DNA of 64,000 nt from a bacterium (GTDB lineage Bacteria > Patescibacteriota > Minisyncoccia > Moranbacterales > UBA2206): positions 1,471-65,470 of the forward strand of contig JAYSLY010000007.1 in assembly GCA_043725085.1 (NCBI GenBank). The letters are read 5' to 3'. The notes beneath the pieces are model-generated. The model searched no databases, was not told the DNA's origin, and saw only the letters and a program-made list of their open reading frames with translations. Position numbers and translations under genes: made by a program. Position 1 is the first letter of the stretch, and the number at the start of each line of letters is the position of its first letter. Shown piece after piece: positions 57,666 to 64,000 of the stretch.

Positions 57666-58067
57666 TTATTTTTTCCTTATGTCTAATAATTGCGAAATAT
57701 CAGCGACTTTTTGAGCGTCAAATTTCTTTTTTGTAACGACTGAAGCCGCATTTTCTTTTTTGTCGATGGTGGTTTTTTGAATTTTTTCCGTGACGCGGCG
57801 CCAGATATACATTTTTGGACGAGTAGCAAAAAGGACTGAGGAAAGAATGAATTTAATCAGCGGTTGGTTGTAGGGGCGATAAAAGGCCAATGCTCCAAAA
57901 ATGACGGCGATGATAATGGCGGAAAGAATGAAAGCGGATTGGTCGAGTGTTCCATAGCAAATCAAAAGCACAACTCCTCCGGCGGCTAACCAGCCAAGTT
58001 GTCTGGCGGTCAGCGGACCGACGATTTTGTCTTCAATATCGATAAATTGGGGGACGTTGAAAATCAT
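57666..58067 (-). CDS. PrgI-family (VirB3-like) membrane protein
   Basis: VPQFIDIEDKIVGPLTARQ, two TMs, PKMYIWRR. Confidence 0.85.
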   Translation of the reverse strand: MIFNVPQFIDIEDKIVGPLTARQLGWLAAGGVVLLICYGTLDQSAFILSAIIIAVIFGALAFYRPYNQPLIKFILSSVLFATRPKMYIWRRVTEKIQKTTIDKKENAASVVTKKKFDAQKVADISQLLDIRKK

Positions 58068-58068
58068 G

Positions 58069-58125
58069 AATTTGAAATTTAAAATTAGAAATTTGAAATG
58101 AAATTTTAATTTCTAAATTTAAAAC
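58069..58125. repeat. Heptamer array downstream of the four-helix-bundle gene
   Basis: AATTTGA AATTTAA AATTAGA AATTTGA AATGA... Confidence 0.75.
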
Positions 58126-58130
58126 TGTGT

Positions 58131-58505
58131 CTATTGGGTTTCTTTGTTTTCTTTCAGTGTCAGGGCTATTTTTGAAAATATCAATGTTAGTTCTTGTGCT
58201 TCTTTCCAGAGTTTTCTGCCTTCTTCTTTGTGTTCAGGATTGGATTTTGCAAGGAGTTCTAGCCAATATTTTGTTTCTTTGCACTCCTTTTTGCAGATAT
58301 AGATCTTATTGTGGAAATCCTTTTTTGAGCTTGCTCCGTTAGCTTCGCAGTAATTCGCGCCTATGCTGGTCGCAGAACGAACCAGTTGGCTCATCAGTGG
58401 AGTGTTTGTGATGTCTCTGCTTAATTTTTTAATAAAAACAATTACCTCTTCACTAAACTTCAGAGTTCTGGACTCTAAATCATACTTTTCCGAATTTTTT
58501 GTCAT
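58131..58505 (-). CDS. Four-helix-bundle protein (23S rRNA IVS protein / Avd-like family)
   Basis: DLESRT..F, QLVRSATSIGANYCEA..ASSKKDF..KI.IC.KE..ET.YWLELL. Confidence 0.92.
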   Translation of the reverse strand: MTKNSEKYDLESRTLKFSEEVIVFIKKLSRDITNTPLMSQLVRSATSIGANYCEANGASSKKDFHNKIYICKKECKETKYWLELLAKSNPEHKEEGRKLWKEAQELTLIFSKIALTLKENKETQ

Positions 58506-58552
58506 TTAATAATTTAAATTTTGATATTGATTTAAAATTTCAAATTTAAAAT
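58506..58552. repeat. Heptamer array upstream of the four-helix-bundle gene, opposite orientation
   Basis: Minus strand reads AATTTTA AATTTGA AATTTTA AATCA... Confidence 0.6.
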
Positions 58553-59718
58553 TGGTCATTGTTCTTTAAGTCTACCACATTTTTTGGCATTGGTCTTGGG
58601 GTGGAATAATTAATTCTGGCAATTGGCGTGGGAGCGGGATAATTTTTTTGAAGCGGCTTTGGAATTTCCGGTGATTTTTCCGTGGAGAATGTTTGGGGTG
58701 ATGAAAATTTAATATTCTCTGCCGTGTTTCCATTTCTCAAGGCTTCTTTTTGGGGCAAATCTCTTCTCCAGGCGGCAATTCTTTCCTCGTCAGTTTGAAA
58801 TCTTTGCTGGCCTCCCGAAATGGTTTGTCTTGTTGGGTAGTTTCCTTGGCCTCTTTGGATTTCTGCCGGCTCGAAATTATTGCGAGTGGCACCTGGATTC
58901 ATTGTTGGTCTTTGCGGAATTTCTCTTTTTTCCGGTGCGGCAAAAACAACTTGCTTGGTGTTACCGTTGATTGAGATTGGTGTTTTTTCTTCAAATGATT
59001 TGAGAATGGCAGTTAGTTTTTCGCGGTCTTGACTGGAAAGCGGTCGGCCATTTTCACTTTTGAAAAGATAGTTTCCGCGTACAATCGGATCATGATTGCT
59101 GATGCCAACGGTGAAAGTGTAGTCAGAAAGCCAGTTTTTGATTGACGGACGCACCGGTTCGGGGAAAACCTTGAGTTTGATGTGATTTGAAGTGATGAGC
59201 TGCTCGCCTAGTTCAGGATATTTTTCTAAGGCAAGTTCGATTGGCATATTTTCCAATTGAGATTGCTGTTTTCTTATTATTTCATCTTCTGCTCTTTTTT
59301 CTTTTATTTTCTCTCTTTCTTCTTCTAAAATCCATGGCTCTAGCTCTAAAACTTTTTTCCAGGCCTCGCTTTCGGAAATCAGTGGGTTGGATTTCTTGTT
59401 GGACCATTCTTCCAGTAAGCTTAGTGAATCTTTGAAAAAATCAGGAAAACGGGCAAAAATTCGTTGGTTTATTTCATAGGCAATGCCAAAAATAACCTGT
59501 TCTGGTTGTTTTAGATCCTTGGCGATTATCGCAGGGTAATCCTTTAGTTTTAATTCGCCGATAAAAATGAGTGCGATTGGGTAGGATAATGTTTTTATTA
59601 CTTCTTCGCTTAATCCATAGATAAAACAGGTCTTTTCAATTTCATATCGTGGCGCATCAGATATAATAAATTCTCTCAGTGTATTTGGTAATTTATTTCT
59701 TTTTTCTAAATAGCTCAT
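58546..59718 (-). CDS. Hypothetical protein of the T4SS-like cluster
   Basis: 390 aa; PSIKNWLSDY core, low-complexity Pro-rich tail ending VVDLK. Confidence 0.75.
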   Translation of the reverse strand: MSYLEKRNKLPNTLREFIISDAPRYEIEKTCFIYGLSEEVIKTLSYPIALIFIGELKLKDYPAIIAKDLKQPEQVIFGIAYEINQRIFARFPDFFKDSLSLLEEWSNKKSNPLISESEAWKKVLELEPWILEEEREKIKEKRAEDEIIRKQQSQLENMPIELALEKYPELGEQLITSNHIKLKVFPEPVRPSIKNWLSDYTFTVGISNHDPIVRGNYLFKSENGRPLSSQDREKLTAILKSFEEKTPISINGNTKQVVFAAPEKREIPQRPTMNPGATRNNFEPAEIQRGQGNYPTRQTISGGQQRFQTDEERIAAWRRDLPQKEALRNGNTAENIKFSSPQTFSTEKSPEIPKPLQKNYPAPTPIARINYSTPRPMPKNVVDLKNNDQF

Positions 59719-59732
59719 AACAAAGGGTGCTT

Positions 59733-61658
59733 TTAATTGTGAATATGCATTAGATCATGGTCTCTGCCTGCTAGGCGAGAAATATTTTGTGCTGTTGGAC
59801 TATTTTGTTGCGTGTTTTGCATTTGATGATTTAACTCTCTTTGTGCGGCTTCATCATCCATGTTTAAGACAATATTTTTGTATCTGTTCGTTCTTATGTT
59901 ATTGGCAATATCATCAGCGTAGTTTGTTATTGTGTTTGTGCTCATTCTTTTTGCCGTATCCTTGTCTAAGCGACTTATTATTTGTGTTCTCGAATCTTGG
60001 TCACCAGTTATTGATCCGTGGAATCCGCCAATTTGGGCAAAATGGGCCATTTGGACATTTCTATTTATTCTAAGTTGTTCAGGAGAGAGATTTGGATCAG
60101 CTGCATTAAGATTGGCAAAATTTCCAGCAATAGCTGCTAGAGAGGCGTCAATATTGTTTCCATGTGCAACGCTTTTGCCTCTAAGATCTTCAAGATCTTT
60201 GTTTGAAATAGCTTGTTCTTGAAAGGCCATTTGCATAAAATTTGTGTTTCCTAGTGTGTTGGCACTGAGTTTTTTTGCGTCGAATTGGTTACTCCTCATA
60301 TGACTTTGCATCATTTCTTGCCAGCGCGCAGGGTCTGTTATGTGAGAAAAAGCCGCAACTGGATCGTAGGTCTTGACTTTATTGACTAATTGCATAAACA
60401 CCTGGCTAGTTTCTCCAAAAGCAGCTCTAACGTTATTTAAATCATTTTGTGTGGTCGCTCCAAGCTCAGCTAAGCGCTGAATGGCAGCTGCTCTTTCGTA
60501 TTGCGTTCCATTTGCTGCGATTCTTCTTAAATCAGCCTCAGAAGTATTATCAATATTAAGTCTTTCTTTTGTCTCCTTGATTCTTTTTAGTTGAGTCTGG
60601 TCAATGACATTTGGCACTGCGAATGGACCACTTCCGGCAATACGAGCTTCTCTTTCAGCTTGTCTGTCTGATCCAAGCAGTCCACTTTTTTTCCAATTAG
60701 TCCATTTTTGCTGGATTCCTCCTGGTACGCCAGTTTTTTTAGCGGCCCACCAAGCAGTCCTATGCGGTGCATTTCCAACCCACTTCATCATCTTTGTTCC
60801 CTGCCCCACTACCATACTGGCTCCGGCGATGCCGGAGCTTTGGGCTCTTTCGATGCCGATCCAAAGGATAACCAGCGGGAGAACAAAAAAAGAAATGGAT
60901 GAAACTGAGCTGCTCAAGGTGCCTCCATCGGCGGATAGTTTCAGGCCACCGGCGGAATCGGCTACGGCTATCATCATGCGATTAGCCAAAACCAGCATAA
61001 AAATCATAATCGGTCCGGCAAAACAATATTTCATAAATTCTTTCCACCAGCCACTGGCGGCGTTTGCCAGGTCTGTGCCGGGTAGAGTTGAGCCCAAAAA
61101 AGCAATCGGAGAGAAGATGATGAAAATAGTCAGGGCGATTGTTCTAATCACCAAAAGAACGGCAATTGTGAGCATGGTGATGGCAAACATGAAGGTGAAG
61201 ATAACAGCGGCGAGGAGAAAATAGGAGTCTGCTGTTTTCCCTTCGGCTCCATTGATTATGCCAAGTATGCCACTTTTTTCAACAATATTCCAAAATGAGC
61301 CATCTCCGCCAAGTTGATTGAGAAAGCCATACATGAAAATGTTGGACATGTCGATGATGAAACGGGCAATGGGGTAACTGAAATTGACCAAAAGAGCCAT
61401 AATAATCAGATTGATCAAGACCTTTTTATAGTTATAGTTCGTGCTGGCTTGAAAAATTGTGGCAAAAGCGGAAAACAGCAAAATCATGATAAGAGTTGTG
61501 TTGAAAAAATCACGCACAAAACGCCACATCGTGTAGACGGTCGGGTTGTCCATGACAGCGGTCATGTGTGATGGCACGATAATCCATTTGAAAAGGTTAT
61601 CGGCTGAGTAAAGTAGCGCACCGTCAAGTTTTAGAATAAGTCGAAGTATGTCGTCCAT
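59733..61658 (-). CDS. VirB6/TrbL-like multi-TM protein with a long C-terminal extension
   Basis: WRFVRDFFN, ALLVNFS..I.R.IID, RTIAL.I.IIFSPIAF, WW.EF...F.GP. Confidence 0.75.
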   Translation of the reverse strand: MDDILRLILKLDGALLYSADNLFKWIIVPSHMTAVMDNPTVYTMWRFVRDFFNTTLIMILLFSAFATIFQASTNYNYKKVLINLIIMALLVNFSYPIARFIIDMSNIFMYGFLNQLGGDGSFWNIVEKSGILGIINGAEGKTADSYFLLAAVIFTFMFAITMLTIAVLLVIRTIALTIFIIFSPIAFLGSTLPGTDLANAASGWWKEFMKYCFAGPIMIFMLVLANRMMIAVADSAGGLKLSADGGTLSSSVSSISFFVLPLVILWIGIERAQSSGIAGASMVVGQGTKMMKWVGNAPHRTAWWAAKKTGVPGGIQQKWTNWKKSGLLGSDRQAEREARIAGSGPFAVPNVIDQTQLKRIKETKERLNIDNTSEADLRRIAANGTQYERAAAIQRLAELGATTQNDLNNVRAAFGETSQVFMQLVNKVKTYDPVAAFSHITDPARWQEMMQSHMRSNQFDAKKLSANTLGNTNFMQMAFQEQAISNKDLEDLRGKSVAHGNNIDASLAAIAGNFANLNAADPNLSPEQLRINRNVQMAHFAQIGGFHGSITGDQDSRTQIISRLDKDTAKRMSTNTITNYADDIANNIRTNRYKNIVLNMDDEAAQRELNHQMQNTQQNSPTAQNISRLAGRDHDLMHIHN

Positions 61659-62707
61659 TATTTTTTATACAATGCTCCCGGGCCGTAGGCATTAACCTTT
61701 TTATTGACTTGTTGAACCGCTTTGTCGGTAACCTTGTTTACCTCGCGGTTCACCGCATTTTCCACTCCGGAAACAGTTTTACTTATTGCGCCGGAAATTG
61801 CCTTAGAAACAGTAGCGGCGACTAGCTCTCCAATACTTGTTGCGCTAGACATTGCCAAATTAGGCAAGTTATCAACATTCGCTTGCATTTGTTCAAAAAG
61901 GATGCCCGGTTTTTCCACTATCCCATTGACCTTTTCACTAATAAAGCCCGAATTGGAAGTAGCTTCTGTGGTGGCAACAGTTTGTTCTTGCTTTAGATTA
62001 TCTTGGTATATTTGGTCAACTTTCTCTTTAACAGCGGTTGGCTCTCCGTTGTCTATGTAGTCCGCGTAATTATTTATCATGGCAACAGTCGGACTGGTTA
62101 GTCCTTCGGGGAGTGTGAACAGTTCGCCTGGATCACCAGCGTAGGCTTGCCATTCCGGCGGATCGATGACTTTGATTTGGAGCATGTCACTGAGTCTTTG
62201 TTGGTAGCTTGATTCATCGGCATAAAGATCGGTTGCGTCTCCCAAAACCGCTTCTTTGCCAAAACCTTCTCCGGCAACCGTGCTGGCGCCCAAAACTGAA
62301 TTGGAGGCTTTTTTGTAGCTCGCACTGCCACGCCCGGACATTGCTCGACTGATGTAGTCATTGGCATAGCGTTGAGCATTTCTGGTTGGGTTGTCAATCA
62401 GATAGTCTTGCCAGTTAGTGATGAATCTGGCGCCATTTGAGGTTGTGCCGGAAATAAACCTGTCCATTTGTTTGGAAAGCATTTTGATGGCCGCTTGTTT
62501 CAAGGAACCCATAATCATGCCTTTAATTTGAGCGGAAATTTCTTCCATGCCTTGCTTCATTACTGCCGCCATCGGCTCTAGCCAGGCGTTTGCCGGTTTT
62601 GTGAAAATTGGAAAGCAGGAAAAAGATAGTGCAAAAAGTAGGACAAAAAAAATTTTTTTGCAAAAAGAAAATTTTTGTTTTTTTGGATTTTCTGGCATGG
62701 GTTTCAT
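61658..62707 (-). CDS. Secreted helical protein (VirB5/TrbJ-like position)
   Basis: Signal peptide ending PANA; RFITNWQDYL; directly upstream of the VirB6-like gene. Confidence 0.6.
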   Translation of the reverse strand: MKPMPENPKKQKFSFCKKIFFVLLFALSFSCFPIFTKPANAWLEPMAAVMKQGMEEISAQIKGMIMGSLKQAAIKMLSKQMDRFISGTTSNGARFITNWQDYLIDNPTRNAQRYANDYISRAMSGRGSASYKKASNSVLGASTVAGEGFGKEAVLGDATDLYADESSYQQRLSDMLQIKVIDPPEWQAYAGDPGELFTLPEGLTSPTVAMINNYADYIDNGEPTAVKEKVDQIYQDNLKQEQTVATTEATSNSGFISEKVNGIVEKPGILFEQMQANVDNLPNLAMSSATSIGELVAATVSKAISGAISKTVSGVENAVNREVNKVTDKAVQQVNKKVNAYGPGALYKK

Positions 62708-62714
62708 GTTTTTT

Positions 62715-62800
62715 GTAGAGGCGAGGCATTGCCTCGACTAGAAAATAATGAACAAGGTGTAAACCAACGATACCTAGACGAGGCACTGCCTCGTCTCTAC
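62715..62800. repeat. GTAG-type REP doublet (REPIN-like)
   Basis: GTAGAGGCGAGGCATTGCCTCGACTA (62715-62740) and inverted GTAGAGACGAGGCAGTGCCTCGTCTA (62800-62775). Confidence 0.8.
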
Positions 62801-63900
62801 GGATTTGTTGTCGTGTCAGTTGTTGCGCTTGTTGTGGTAGTAGCGGCATTTAGCAAAGAGTTCAATTCATCTGAACTTTTTGGCGCGTCAATGCCGAAAC
62901 CCTCCAGTTTTTTCTGGACCGTTGCATCGTAGGTTAGGCCATATTCGGAAATTTTACTTTCAGCTTCAATGGAAAAATCAGAAAGAGCGGTGATAAATCC
63001 TTGTATTTTTGAAAGATTGGCGATTGAGCCCATCGGATCTTCTGGGTTAGATTGCAAAAGATTGCCCAAGTTTTCGGAATACATGGAAAAACGCAGAGCT
63101 TTAATGTGGATGGAAACCAGATCCTGGGGCACTTCAACCGCACGCAACTGCTCGACCACTTTCTTTTGACCGGTCATCAGGTCTTGCAAACCGGAAGCGC
63201 TCTGTGTTGTTATGGCGGTGGTGATTGTGCTTGTGAGCGTGGAAAACAGCTTGGTCGCGTCGGGGATTTTTGTGATTGGTTGGGGAGAATTGCTGGTGAG
63301 GATGTAGGCCATGGCGGAGAGATAGTCGAGGCAATCTTCTTTTTTCTTAGCCTTAGCTTTGTCGGCACTGAGATTTCCGTAATTTTGTTTTTTTATCTTG
63401 ATATCTTTTTCATTAACCTCAGGAAGATCATTGTCAGAAATGGTGCTCGGGGTCATTGTCTGATCAACTAATGTTTGCACGTCATCAAGAGAGACTTGCT
63501 TGTTGTCCGTAGTTGATTTTACGGCGAGGTCATTTATTTTTTGAGCAATATCGGTGGTGAGATTTTTTTGTGAAGCGTCGCCGAGCACTGCGCTATTTGG
63601 ATCGCTTGTCGTTCTTGTTCCGGTAAATCCCGGCAACTTGTCTCCCGGCGCTTTTTTCAAGGGGTCATAGCCACTCCTCACTTCGGCTCCATCGGAATAG
63701 CCATCGCCGTCTGTGTCAGGATTGTGCGGATCCGTACCATAAATTTTTTCTTCTTCATCGGAAAGGCCGTCTTGGTCGCTGTCCAAAAAAATGCTCTTAG
63801 TTCCAGCGGAAGTATTTTCGGCGCGCACATAAAAAGCGAAACTCAAAACAAGTAAGCTCGCGAGAACGAAAAAAGAGAGGCTAATATTTTTTATTTTCAT
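62797..63900 (-). CDS. Secreted protein with bacterial thrombospondin-type-3-like Ca-binding repeats
   Basis: DSDQDGLSDEEE.YGTDP.NPDTDGDGYSDGAEV..GYDP; signal peptide. Confidence 0.8.
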   Translation of the reverse strand: MKIKNISLSFFVLASLLVLSFAFYVRAENTSAGTKSIFLDSDQDGLSDEEEKIYGTDPHNPDTDGDGYSDGAEVRSGYDPLKKAPGDKLPGFTGTRTTSDPNSAVLGDASQKNLTTDIAQKINDLAVKSTTDNKQVSLDDVQTLVDQTMTPSTISDNDLPEVNEKDIKIKKQNYGNLSADKAKAKKKEDCLDYLSAMAYILTSNSPQPITKIPDATKLFSTLTSTITTAITTQSASGLQDLMTGQKKVVEQLRAVEVPQDLVSIHIKALRFSMYSENLGNLLQSNPEDPMGSIANLSKIQGFITALSDFSIEAESKISEYGLTYDATVQKKLEGFGIDAPKSSDELNSLLNAATTTTSATTDTTTNP

Positions 63901-64000
63901 ACAATAAAATTATACCATAATAACTATCAATCTGTGAAGGACTTGCGACTTTATTTTTTTTGTTTGGTTTGGTATGCTTAGGCTATGAAGAAAATGACAA

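Noticed and set aside
58131-58505. Diversity-generating retroelement (Avd-like gene)
   Set aside because: No reverse transcriptase and no TR/VR pair with adenine-specific mismatches seen in the window.
4585-63471. Numerous short antisense or overlapping ORFs in the six-frame track
   Set aside because: They are shadows of well-supported genes, with no independent motifs or start signals.
1-64000. Alternative genetic code (TGA read-through as in Gracilibacteria)
   Set aside because: Core genes are full-length in code 11, and TGA serves as a stop in ATGA overlaps.

Overview
Chromosomal origin region of a Patescibacteria/CPR bacterium. Parcubacteria-like affiliation is inferred from gene content; the genetic code is standard code 11. 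Left part (1-13 kb): an accessory patchwork around polA and mutM, with two AbiE type IV TA modules, an inverted-repeat-flanked MNT-HEPN module whose toxin is broken by a nonsense codon, an ORF6N gene, two TrmB regulators, and three minus-strand units with consensus promoters, structured leaders and boxA-like motifs. One of these units looks like a leaderless-uORF attenuator controlling small Cys-rich proteins; another is an orphan ~210-nt structured RNA. Middle (13-41 kb): holA, rpsT, tsaE, ispDFEG, a degenerate DHH protein, a tandem double PilB/GspE ATPase, ruvB, yebC, ruvC, a 7TM plus three-ATP-grasp cluster, PBP1A, dciA-dnaN-oriC-dnaA and rpmH-rnpA-yidC-jag. Right (41-64 kb): a flippase/GT2/two-O-antigen-ligase glycosylation locus converging on the CPR T4SS-like cluster (VirB4, PrgI, VirB6-like, VirB2-like pilins fused to cell-wall hydrolase domains). 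A four-helix-bundle gene flanked by heptamer arrays is embedded in that cluster. Several short REP-like palindromic elements are scattered through the window, some nested and some in-frame in genes. No rRNA, tRNA, CRISPR array or transposase was recognised. All calls come from manual motif reading; no database searches were run.
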